Shown piece by piece: positions 1-10,963 of a stretch of DNA of 38,231 bases; position 1 is the stretch's first letter; every line of letters begins with the position of its first letter. The position numbers and the translations under genes are program-made. The notes beneath the pieces were generated by a model that saw nothing but the letters and a program-made list of their open reading frames with translations, made no database searches and was not told the DNA's origin. The stretch is from Octopus bimaculoides (Eukaryota): positions 18,160,811-18,199,041 of the forward strand of contig NC_068983.1 in the NCBI RefSeq assembly GCF_001194135.2, given 5' to 3'.

Positions 1-341
1 ACATACGCATATCTTTCTGTATGTATAACACACGTTCCGCTTTCTTTATCGAAGATATGTAAAACTAGAATGCAATGCAGAATATGGGATATATTACGTA
101 GTTGAAACTCGGAATAATGTTTGTTTTGTTTTTAGATATATATTCTTGATATCCTAAATTAAATATTTTCTAATCTTATGTTTCAAACAATCCTGGCATT
201 TTTTGCTTACAAATATATTTTAATGCTATTTTTTTTATTCAGGAAAAAACATCCAAAACTGATTTAAATCTTTCTAGTTTTAAAATCTAAATGCCACTCT
301 ATTTTGACAATAAATTTATTCAACCTCACTTCAATTTCTAC

Positions 342-437
<96 letters not shown>

Positions 438-449
438 NNNNNNNNNNTT

Positions 450-480
<31 letters not shown>

Positions 481-495
481 TTATTATTTTATTAC

Positions 496-538
<43 letters not shown>

Positions 539-657
539 GCTGTTGCTGGTCGAGCAGTTCTTGTTTTGTTGTTATCCTCTTCCTCTTCTCCCTTCCTCCT
601 CCATCCTCCTCCACCTCCTCATCATCATCTTCACCATTATTGTTATTATTATCATTT

Positions 658-733
<76 letters not shown>
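342..733. repeat. Compound trinucleotide microsatellite (TTA)n/(CAT)n/(CCT)n
   Basis: Directly visible runs; they explain the poly-L/Y/I/S/H ORFs at 291-894. Confidence 0.97.
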
Positions 734-734
<1 letters not shown>

Positions 735-1238
735 GTTAACATTATTTCTATTTTGTCCATTTTGCCGCTTGTTATTCTTGATGCTGTTTTTTAGTTTGGT
801 TTTTGTTATTATTTATGGGTTCTTTCAGGAACAAGCTATGTGCTTCCCTGAATTTTTATTTCTTTTCTATATAGTAGTCATGGAATATACATAACTTTTC
901 CCTCGTATTTGATTTTAATGGAAATAATTAAAATAACAATCTTGAATAAATAGAGAAACGAAGATAACAACACAAAAGTTAAGATATAAATGTGATAGGA
1001 ACAAAATTTGTAATGCTGATTTATTGCCAGAGACTGCTTCGACGTAATAAAATACTCATCAATTTCAAATACGCACATTAAGCGGACAGATATAAGCTCA
1101 CACATTCGTATACACACACGCGCGCGCGCATACGCACAGACACACACACACCTACACACAAATACATGCAAATGGCGTATATATCTGTATATATACATAT
1201 ATATACTTCTTTTTATCTATGTACGTATACGTTTACAT

Positions 1239-1272
<34 letters not shown>

Positions 1273-1371
1273 GTACTTGTATGTATATATATATGTNNNN
1301 NNNNNNNNNNNNNNNNNNNNNNNNNNNNNNNNNNNNNNNNNNNNNNNNNNNNNNNNNNNNNNNNNNNNNNN

Positions 1372-1402
<31 letters not shown>

Positions 1403-1767
1403 TTTGTACACATATATATATATGAGTGCATATAAAAGTATTTGTAATGCCATGGGAGATATTACTATTTACATATTGGTACAATTTAATTTAATTGTGC
1501 TTTTATGTATTGCCGTCTTTCAGATTTATTTTCATTAAGTCATTGTGCACTTTCTTTATGAAAGAGTAGTAAACAATTACCTCAACTCTATAAACTTACG
1601 AAAATACACCAAAACAACGGAAACGCATTGTGAAGGAAAACAACCGTTAAGGGCTCCTTATTGTTAGTTATATAGTTATATACACTTTCGTACATTTACA
1701 TACAAATAAATATAGTAAAATATATAACGCGAAACATTTTTAATTATATCTCTCTGTACATATACAG

Positions 1768-1824
1768 ATGTAACAAATGCACTGAAAAAAATGTGTTAAA
1801 ATAAACTATGCTTCACTAGCTATG
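1768..1824 (+). other. Candidate 5'UTR exon ending in the start ATG of an unidentified host gene
   Basis: tacag acceptor at 1763-1767. ATG at 1822-1824 is immediately followed by a consensus GTAAGT donor. Stops in all three frames upstream of the ATG fit a UTR. Confidence 0.3.
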
Positions 1825-2269
1825 GTAAGTAAGTAAGGAATGTTTACTAAGCGTGAATGTTAACCATGTTAAGTAATTCTTATGCATACATTAAATATCT
1901 ATAAAGCTAATCAAAATCTGTAGCAAAGGTTCGCGCGGCATTTTTGCTATAAAGAAGAAAAATTGTTCAAATCATTATTTGAAAAGAAAGAAATGAGACT
2001 GTTATTATGAAACCCCGAAACACAATTTGCGAACTTCGTTGGAATCACACAAACACACATTTCTTTACAAACGACCATGCATATGCACACATATAAGCAT
2101 ACGTATAGAAGTAATATTCATTACCCGAGGAAGTTTTATGTGGTTTTGGAAATATATACTCCTAATTTAATTTTGAAAACAATCCTTTAGTTGTACATAT
2201 CACAAATAATATTTATGTATAAAATATACGCTGTTACATCTATCTGCCACTTCAATATTGATTTAATCG

Positions 2270-2960
2270 ATGGCTGCCGCCTTCGTCTGTAGGGTTGCAA
2301 TATTTAAAAATTCAACCGGATCTTTTATCTGCATGTGTCCCAGTAGGAGGGGGGGCGAAGTGAGTACATCACTAATCCATTTGGGTCCGCAGTAGTGATA
2401 CATTTCTTTGGGACAACGGTCCATTTTATATTGTACTGTATCTGTTTCTTTTGCAAGTTTATGGAAAGCCTCAGAGTTTGTTTTTCTATGATTTCCACAG
2501 TACTTTTCTCGCTCTCTGCTCTTGTCATGAGAGAGTTTGATTTTCTTTTCGATTTCCAGGAGTATCTGTATTAGCATAGACTTCTCCCTATCCTTCAGTT
2601 GCCTACTCAACCCGTTTGAAACCTTTCATCTGCGTCTCATAAGGATATTCTGCCACTGAGGAGCCTGTGTCTCTGCATGCTGGCCTTTTTTTCTGGGGTA
2701 TATTTAGTGCACATAGTTTACACTTTTGAGTTTTAGGTCAATGTCTTGTATACATAGAATATCAAAGCAGTTACGTTTGTGGATCTCTTTGCGTATTGAT
2801 TTCCACTCTGTTTTATTGAAGTTCAAGATGGATATGGCTTCAGTTCTCCTCATAGGGTGGATACAAGCTGATCGCTTAGGACTATACATTGTTAGTTCAA
2901 CAATGGTGTGGTCCGAGAGTGCTTTGGCGTTGTATTCACATTGTTAATATTCATGGTACG
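2270..2960 (-). mobile_element. Decayed non-LTR retrotransposon (CR1/L2/Jockey-group-like) ORF2 fragment: end of the APE endonuclease plus the APE-RT linker
   Basis: One minus frame reads ALSDHTIVELTM (SDH at 2908-2916, the APE C-terminal motif), then LNFNKTEWKSIRKEI, ILMRRR*, LLEIEKKIKLSHDK, KTNSEAFHKLAK. This resembles LINE linker consensus NF.KA.W..IR and IK.NPK.FY.YAK. Two in-frame stops plus frameshifts. Confidence 0.65.
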
Positions 2961-2969
2961 GTGAATCTT

Positions 2970-3677
2970 CTGGGAACAACCCAACTCAATGAATGTCTAC
3001 TCAAACAAAAGTACCCATCTCTACTTAGAAAATGGTATACAGTGTGTTATAGAAATACCCATACAACAACTTAGGGCAATCAAAAAAAGAGGATAACAAG
3101 AATATATCATGCCATTTAGAGTGACATACAATTCTTGTCACCAAAATATCTTTAGTGTTGCCAAAGCTCAAAGTAATGAATTAAAGGATACAATCACGAT
3201 CGAGCTATCATACTAAGTAAAAAAAAAACCCCTCAAAATTTGAAACAATTATTAACAAAGGAAAAGTTTGACCTAAACGACAATGACGAATCGTTCATTA
3301 TATCGAAATGCAATGATAACCAATGTGATAAATGTCAGTTCATACATACCTGTCAGTATATGAACTCAAAAACAGGAAGAATATTTAAAATGCAAATATT
3401 AACTGGAAAAGTAGAATTTTTTATTTACGACATAAAATGCCCAAACTGTGGAGATATATACGTTGGCCAGACTGGGAATGCATTATCGGAACGTTCACGT
3501 GAACACCAAGAGCAAATTAGGGAACCTGATGTCCGTCAGATACCTTTAAGCAACTATCTAGCAATATGCGATGAGACAAAGTTTATAATAATCATATTCT
3601 ACAAACTGCACAACTCAAGTGAACTTGAGAGATATATCAGAGAAAAGAATGTTATGATAAATTCAACCCCGTTCTAA
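2970..3677 (+). mobile_element. 5'-truncated Penelope-like element: RT C-terminal region, Cys linker and GIY-YIG endonuclease (Neptune-like)
   Basis: ORF 3240-3677 has CNDNQCDKC and IYDIKCPNCGDIYVGQTGNALSERSREH. Frameshifted upstream pieces (QKYP, ENGIQ, MPFRVTYN, PQNLKQLLT) match the PLE thumb/linker region. Confidence 0.85.
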
Positions 3678-3940
3678 ATAGATAGTTATAGTAAGGGTGA
3701 TAATTATAATGACTAAGTTGATAATAATACGTAGTATTGCTATCACTATTACTACCACCGCCACCACTAACAACAACATAGTCTCTGATCATTTACGTGC
3801 AACGACCTCCACAATAACCAGCCTGCAATTTGGTTTTCCGTTCCTAGGTTAATTGGAAACATAGATTGCTGTGCTATTCATAAACCTCAATAGTGCAATC
3901 GTTTGGTGGAAAAAATACCACCAAAGCAACTTCAACCGTT

Positions 3941-3962
3941 CAAAGGACGGGTCCGTTTGCTA

Positions 3963-3963
<1 letters not shown>
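3941..3963 (+). mobile_element. Possible Helitron-type 3' terminus (hairpin + CTAG)
   Basis: AAAGGAC-GG-GTCCGTTT imperfect hairpin, then CTAG at 3960-3963, then T(AT)n. The hairpin-to-CTAG spacing is shorter than usual. Confidence 0.35.
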
Positions 3964-4017
<54 letters not shown>

Positions 4018-4442
4018 TGCATATACATATGTAATTATATACCCACAAACGCATAAAGATATACTTGAAGACGCTTCGACGAGAATGTGTTGTATTACTT
4101 TTGACATGCATCGCCGCTCTAAATTAGATTTCTAAGGTCGTGATATTCACAAAGAGCATTTATGTCAATAACATAAGTGTACTTAATTGTGATGCTCGTT
4201 TTTCTTACAAGGGTGCGAAAGTATCCAGTATAGGACCAATTGTTAAGTAGGATACCTTTGGCCAACAAAATTAAACCTGCGCTAAGACCCATAATATGTG
4301 GAATATTGCGATGAATCCGTCGTTTGGTTTTGTGCTCGCACTACACAATGTGTTACGCATTCACGAACAAAATTAGAATAAGCACTACCAAGGAAATCTT
4401 GAAATCCCTTCCTTCTCCCTCTCTCACTCTCCCTATTCCTCT

Positions 4443-4474
<32 letters not shown>

Positions 4475-4477
4475 ATG

Positions 4478-4514
<37 letters not shown>

Positions 4515-4575
4515 TAAAAAGTAGAGCTCAAAATCGCTGCATTGAAGATACTTTATTACCATGTANNNNNNNNNN

Positions 4576-4607
<32 letters not shown>

Positions 4608-4847
4608 AAAACTCACCTGTGAGGTTTTTGCTAGGACTGTTAACAGATACTATATATTTTATAAAATTTTGTTTTATAAAAATATATATTTAATATATAC
4701 ATATATATATATATGTATGTGTAGGTTACAGTTCAGTCAAGGTAGGGTCAACAATGTAACTACTCTATCCAGTGAGATACAACCATTATTAAACGTACTC
4801 TGCATAAGAGCTACTAATAGTTTCATGGCTTTGAGTCACGTGTTTAG

Positions 4848-4916
4848 GCAGCTTTTTATAACTTTGTCGCTTCGGCACGTTATAAAAATCTGTCTAACGA
4901 TGCGTCTCGACAACAA
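4848..4916 (+). CDS. Candidate coding exon, phase 0-0 (AAFYNFVASARYKNLSNDASRQQ)
   Basis: tttag acceptor and GTAACT donor; 69 nt open frame; phase-compatible with the ATG exon and the 5826 exon. Weak pyrimidine tract. Confidence 0.3.
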
Positions 4917-5825
4917 GTAACTAACTATTAACTCTTATTTTAATAAAGTGTACATTAAATGATTTATGTATGCATATGTATGCAAAGCTACCTATACACA
5001 TACACACGCAAAACACACACACACACTCGCACATATTGCGTTAGCGCGTATCGATGTACTCGTTACATATACGTGGTTGATGGCAGTCACCGTTGCCTTG
5101 CCTAGCGATTTAATCACAAAGTCAAATACTGTATCATTTTATATACCGAACCACATATTTCGATATTTTCCACCCGTACCGAAAAAAAAAAAATAATAAT
5201 AACATGTATATATACATCTGAAAATTTATTTACTCCGCTATAATCAACCTTTGAAGTGAAGGATGTTATTTTACTGAGCTGAAATGAAAGCAATGCTAAT
5301 TAAAAAGAGTGTAGAAAAACAAGCTTCGTGAAATTTCAAAACAAATAAGATAATAAATAAAGAAACTAATGTATAAATAAAAACACATAATATCCATGTT
5401 CATATTCATAATTGTGAGAAGAGATCAATATTTCCAAGGTTATTTTCTAAATAAAACCAAACATTTTAATAAAAAAAATGGGCGTTACAAATTTTTAATC
5501 AGACGTAAATTTGCTTCTAATTACATAAACATATATATTTGTTCGTAAGGCTTTGATGTTGTAATGCGTTTCCAATACTTTAAAGTAGTTTATACTGGTT
5601 TATCATATATTTTTTGTTTCATACAAGGTGTTGAATAACAAAGATCTTAAAAGTAAATCCTTAACATATATGTTTGGTTAAATCTCAAACTGAAAGTTCC
5701 ATACTTCCTATTTTCCTTTAAATTTTACCATGTATAATGAAAATAAACTTTTCCTTGCTTATTTAATATAAAATTTTTCGATTTGATTTTCATTCCTTAC
5801 ATTTAAAGAACATATGTATTTTCAG

Positions 5826-5875
5826 ACGAAATCCAGTATTTCTTTTAATTTATGGCAAAGAAGATCGAAAATGAG
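5826..5875 (+). CDS. Candidate coding exon, phase 0-2 (TKSSISFNLWQRRSKM)
   Basis: ttttcag acceptor and GAG|GTAAGA donor; only one of the three frames is open. Confidence 0.45.
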
Positions 5876-6089
5876 GTAAGATTTTAGTAATCTAATTTCA
5901 ATCTCTATGTGAATTCTTTTAATATTACATGTATTTCAAAAGCCCATCTAAGTCTTTTCATAAATGACATCCGCAGAATCTAGGACGAAATAAATTAAAC
6001 ATGCACGATATGAATAAGATGTATAACGCACAAATATAAGGAGATATACATATGTTTATATATGAAAAAAGAAAGAAAAAATACAATCA

Positions 6090-6321
6090 AAGGTCCTGCG
6101 CAAATTGTGGGTTTGTAAGGTCGGTTTCCCGGATTCCTTGGCGTAAATATTCTAACTCCAATTACGAGACCTTACTCTGAGATAGGAATGTCCATTTTAG
6201 AAGGCTGAGTGGTCTGGAGGAACGTGAGATGAAGTGTTTTGTTCAAGAACACAATGCATCACTCAATCTTACGATAGTATTTAGGCGTGTAACAGCTCTA
6301 AGTTGTAGGCCATGCACCTCC
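6090..6321 (-). mobile_element. tRNA-derived SINE, degenerate (same family as 27909-28157)
   Basis: Reverse complement shares GTGTTCTTGA..AAAACACTTCATCTCACGT with the 27909 copy and has a GCATGGCCTA head. Confidence 0.75.
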
Positions 6322-6996
6322 ACGTATGTGTCTATATATATATATATATATATATGGGTGTATACATATAGACATATATATATATATATATATATATATA
6401 NNNNNNNNNNNNNNNNNNNNNNNNNNNNNNNNNNNNNNNNNNNNNNNNNNNNNNNNNNNNNNNNNNNNNNNNNNNNNNNNNNNNNNNNNNNNNNNNNNNN
6501 NNNNNNNNNNNNNNNNNNNNNNNNNNNNNNNNNNNNNNNNNNNNNNNNNNNNNNNNNNNNNNNNNNNNNNNNNNNNNNNNNNNNNNNNNNNNNNNNNNNN
6601 NNNNNNNNNNNNNNNNNNNNNNNNNNNNNNNNNNNNNNNNNNNNNNNNNNNNNNNNNNNNNNNNNNNNNNNNNNNNNNNNNNNNNNNNNNNNNNNNNNNN
6701 NNNNNNNNNNNNNNNNNNNNNNNNNNNNNNNNNNNNNNNNNNNNNNNNNNNNNNNNNNNNNNNNNNNNNNNNNNNNNNNNNNNNNNNNNNNNNNNNNNNN
6801 NNNNNNNNNNNNNNNNNNNNNNNNNNNNNNNNNNNNNNNNNNNNNNNNNNNNNNNNNNNNNNNNNNNNNNNNNNNNNNNNNNNNNNNNNNNNNNNNNNNN
6901 NNNNNNNNNNNNNNNNNNNNNNNNNNNNNNNNNNNNNNNNNNNNNNNNNNNNNNNNNNNNNNNNNNNNNNNNNNNNNNNNNNNNNNNNNNNNNNNN

Positions 6997-7058
<62 letters not shown>

Positions 7059-7855
7059 TGTGTATGTATAATAGTAAATAGAATCTGTCTATAGACGTAC
7101 AGGTACAGTCGAAAGCCGCGAGAAAGCTTCGCATATCAAAAAATATCTGATTGTGAACACATACTTCAGGTACTGAAAATTTTGCATTCATAGCTACTCA
7201 GTTAATTCGCCTATTTAAGCAAAAATAAACATGTTAATAATTTTCTCAACATCCAGTCAGCTTTGTAATGTGAATTGCTGTAATAAGTCTATTAAGCACC
7301 ATATAGGCAACATCGTGGGTAGCAAAGCTTGAATGGAAAGCAACTGTTACGTAAAATACGATGTATGACTTTTCTTCCTATGACCACGTTTACATAAATT
7401 CAATACTTGCACGAGTTTTCTATAATAACTTAAGTGAGATTAAAATGAACGACTATAAAAGAATATGAAGTTGACATTAGGCCACCACAGCGAACAAGCA
7501 AAACTGAGAGGTATAAGTGATATATAGACAGAAAGTGATAATATTTAACTTCAGCACATTTTAATCAACATTAGATATATCAAATTATCTTATGCAGGGG
7601 AAAAAAAAAATACTAATCTAAACTTTCAATCTATTTTCATTCTGACTTCCTCACAGTCAAATAATCATCAATATTTTCTGCCACACCACTACTGTTACTT
7701 GAACTTGATTTATTTGGGCATGTATGCATGTGTTTGTGTGTGTTTTTGTTTGTATGTATGCGTGCGTCTGTGTGTTTATGAGCCTATGAATATACAACTG
7801 AATATATTTGAATACATATACATGTATATGCATATATATATATGGGAGAATATAC

Positions 7856-8028
7856 AAAAAATAACAACAGACGAGGACAGGTGGTGTAAATAACAAAAGT
7901 ATATATTAGTATGACGCTCGGGAATACGGAAAGTCTTTGACGTTTCGAGCTACGCTCTTCAACAGAAAGAATACGGAGACAAGGAGAAAAACACGGAGAA
8001 AAAAAATTGAATAGTGTTCAGTCAACGG
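7856..8028 (-). mobile_element. Short PLE-type non-autonomous repeat carrying a minimal hammerhead-like motif; truncated by a gap
   Basis: Contains the 7934-7970 fold, flanked by a GAATACGGA direct repeat (7922-7930, 7969-7977). Family assignment is inference. Confidence 0.5.
7934..7970 (-). ncRNA. Degenerate minimal type I hammerhead-like motif
   Basis: Minus strand reads TCTTT-CTGTTGA-A-GAGC(GTA)GCTC-GAAA-CG-TC-AAAGA. Helices I and II are intact and there is an ACGT palindrome and a GUC triplet, but the core has A6->U and one extra A. Confidence 0.45.
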
Positions 8029-8392
8029 NNNNNNNNNNNNNNNNNNNNNNNNNNNNNNNNNNNNNNNNNNNNNNNNNNNNNNNNNNNNNNNNNNNNNNNN
8101 NNNNNNNNNNNNNNNNNNNNNNNNNNNNNNNNNNNNNNNNNNNNNNNNNNNNNNNNNNNNNNNNNNNNNNNNNNNNNNNNNNNNNNNNNNNNNNNNNNNN
8201 NNNNNNNNNNNNNNNNNNNNNNNNNNNNNNNNNNNNNNNNNNNNNNNNNNNNNNNNNNNNNNNNNNNNNNNNNNNNNNNNNNNNNNNNNNNNNNNNNNNN
8301 NNNNNNNNNNNNNNNNNNNNNNNNNNNNNNNNNNNNNNNNNNNNNNNNNNNNNNNNNNNNNNNNNNNNNNNNNNNNNNNNNNNNNNNNNNNN

Positions 8393-8455
<63 letters not shown>
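8393..8455. repeat. (TCTA)n microsatellite
   Basis: Directly visible. Confidence 0.97.
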
Positions 8456-8612
8456 GGCCAATTTTTCATTTAAAGGCAAAAGTAAGCCAATTATTCGTTT
8501 ATTCATAATTAATTTTTAAAAAATATCATTCGAATTCACATAACCTTTTAGTATGTGTCTGTCTTGTTATGTCTGTTTCTATGTACGATCTCATGATCAT
8601 CATAAAGATTCG

Positions 8613-8696
8613 ATCCCTAGCCCGTTGTTGTCATACGCTGATGATAGGTTACTACCTAGAAACACAGGTCCGTGCGTATCACTCCAGGCTTGGGAT
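8613..8696 (+). ncRNA. Type I hammerhead ribozyme with intact core
   Basis: CTGATGA 8638-8644; helix II TAGGT/ACCTA with TACT loop; GAAA 8659-8662; helix III AC/GT with ACAG loop; GTC cleavage triplet 8668-8670; helix I proximal TACG/CGTG and distal ATCCCTAGCC/GGCTTGGGAT (9 of 10 pairs). Confidence 0.85.
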
Positions 8697-9716
8697 GGGA
8701 ACGATAATTTCCCTTTGCAAATACTGATAGGACACAGGCAGTGTGTCATTAGTCAGCTGGAGATGTCATCATGGGGCTATAAACTATCCTAGCATCGTTC
8801 CATATGGGTCAGCCACATTTAGGTGGCAAATATACTATATGTATATACACTTATCCATAAAATGTACTTCGCCTGTTTCCGAAAGTGATGCACACACACG
8901 CGAGCGCACACACACACATTAAATATATATGTATACTTACATGCAAACAAAGAAGCACATGCACACACAAACATATATATACATGTACGTATTTCTTTGT
9001 GCAAGTCTCTATAATATTTTCTTTAGAGTAACTATATATTTTTCTGGTTATTTAAATACTCATGCACTCGCAAATCGGCAGAAGAATAACTTTAAATAAA
9101 CACATATAATCACACGCACGCATATATGTTTGTATAAATGCGCATCTATGTAAATATGTGTGTGTGCGTATTTATGAAAAGGGAGAGAGTACGAAGGAGA
9201 GGGGGATTAAGAGAGCAGGTTTGAGTGAGATGTGCATACATATATGCATGATGTTAATCTAGTGGTAATGGAATATACGAAAAAAAAAAAGGAACCTCCG
9301 ATAAGAAGAAAAAATAGCAGCATGGGAAATAATTAGGTGGAAGACATTCGTAATTAGAAAGATAGGAAATGAAAATGAGAAAATGAGATGATTGCTACAG
9401 ATATGCTATTGAATAGACATAGTCGCAAATACTATAATAAAGTAAAGAAAGAATACAGAAGTGTAACGTATATAGACGTTATATGGTTGTCCGAAAAAGT
9501 CAAGAAGCGAAAGTAAAGAAATGAATGTTGCAACAAAAATTGAACGTATATAAAACGAAGCTTAAAAGTAAATATATAATAATAATGATCTGAGACAGTG
9601 TTGACTTTGGTGAAACCCAGCCAAAATTGAAGAAAAAGTATGCACAAAATACACGAAAAGCAATATAAATGTTTAAGATACACACATAAACACGCATACA
9701 TAATTATATAAAGATA

Positions 9717-9971
9717 TACTCTTTTACTCTTTTACTTGTTTCAGTCATTTGACTGCGGCCATGCTGGAGCACCGCCTTTGGTCGAGAAAATCGACCCCAG
9801 GACTTATTCTTTGTATACCTAGTACTTATTCTATCGGACACTATTTGCAGAACCGATAAGTTCCGGGGACGTAAACACACCAGCATCAGTTGTCAAGTGG
9901 TGGTGGGGGAACAAACACAGACACACAAACACACATGCTTATATATATATACATATATACGACGGGCTTCT
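9717..9971 (-). mobile_element. 5'-truncated Octopus-type SINE (central and 3' tail region)
   Basis: Reverse complement reads AGAAGCCCGTCGTATAT, a microsatellite spacer, CTGGGGTCGATTTTCTCGACC, the CAGTC-AAAT-GACTG hairpin and a (GAGTAAAA)n tail. Confidence 0.85.
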
Positions 9972-10858
9972 CTAGTGACAGTAACAATAGTAGTGGTAGG
10001 AATAACAGGATGAATGGGAGTAGCAATAACGGCAGTAATAGTAGTGGTAGTTACAAAGAAGACAACCCCAGAGGGGCCAACAACAGGAATACTAGCCTCC
10101 TTGACACTCAATTCTTCAACATACATGACAAAACTTATGATATGAGCCGGGTATACCCGACAACATTACCCTTTAACAAAAGAGTCTGCATCCCTAAACA
10201 TACTCATGACCACATGGAAGCACAGTTCACTATNNNNNNNNNNNNNNNNNNNNNNNNNNNNNNNNNNNNNNNNNNNNNNNNNNNNNNNNNNNNNNNNNNN
10301 NNNNNNNNNNNNNNNNNNNNNNNNNNNNNNNNNNNNNNNNNNNNNNNNNNNNNNNNNNNNNNNNNNNNNNNNNNNNNNNNNNNNNNNNNNNNNNNNNNNN
10401 NNNNNNNNNNNNNNNNNNNNNNNNNNNNNNNNNNNNNNNNNNNNNNNNNNNNNNNNNNNNNNNNNNNNNNNNNNNNNNNTTTGTGGTATGTAGTCTTGCT
10501 GCTATTTCTAGCGGGTTAGATGTCCTATTACAGGCATCTCTGTATTTTAAATGAATAATACATAGTCTATTGACTGTTTTTTTACCCTCGCTAGACCACT
10601 GGTGGTAAAATAAAATTTCTAAAATTTTCTTTGCTACCCTGTATTTTATATATATATATATATATATATAAATGTATACCTGAAGCATATAACACATTAA
10701 TGAAATAGGCTGATTAAATAATTAACAAACAAGTAAAATGAAAAGCAAAAAACCGAAAACAAGTTAATTAATACTGAAAGAGAAAATTAATAATAAAAGT
10801 TAAACTTACCCTAATTCAACAGCAATACTTCAATACTTAATTGAAAAAAAAATATATA

Positions 10859-10963
10859 CGAAAGGTAAAGTCGACATCGATGGAATTTGAACGGAGAACA
10901 ACAAGACAGTCGAAGTACCGCTATGCATTTCGACCGGAACGCTTAAACTTCAGCTAACTCGCC
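10859..10963 (-). mobile_element. tRNA-derived SINE 5' half (family of 33994-34193)
   Basis: Reverse complement has a GGCGAGTTAGC head and GTTCAAATTCC B-box-like sequence, followed by GTCGACTTTACCTTTCG. Confidence 0.75.

Noticed and set aside
291-1538. Long ORFs of poly-L/Y/I/H and IYIY repeats here and around all N gaps
   Set aside because: They are translations of microsatellites and N runs, not genes.
4864-4890. TCGCTTCGGCA match to the U6 snRNA 5' end
   Set aside because: Only 11 nt match and no ACAGAGA box follows; likely chance.
8457-8481. Possible 25-nt exon (RPIFHLKAK) with a GTAAGC donor
   Set aside because: The acceptor is just the end of a (TCTA)n run next to a gap; support is too weak.
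9890-10233. ORF with an S/N-rich start (209 aa in the track)
   Set aside because: Begins in a SINE and a trinucleotide-like tract, runs into a gap, and has no recognisable motif.
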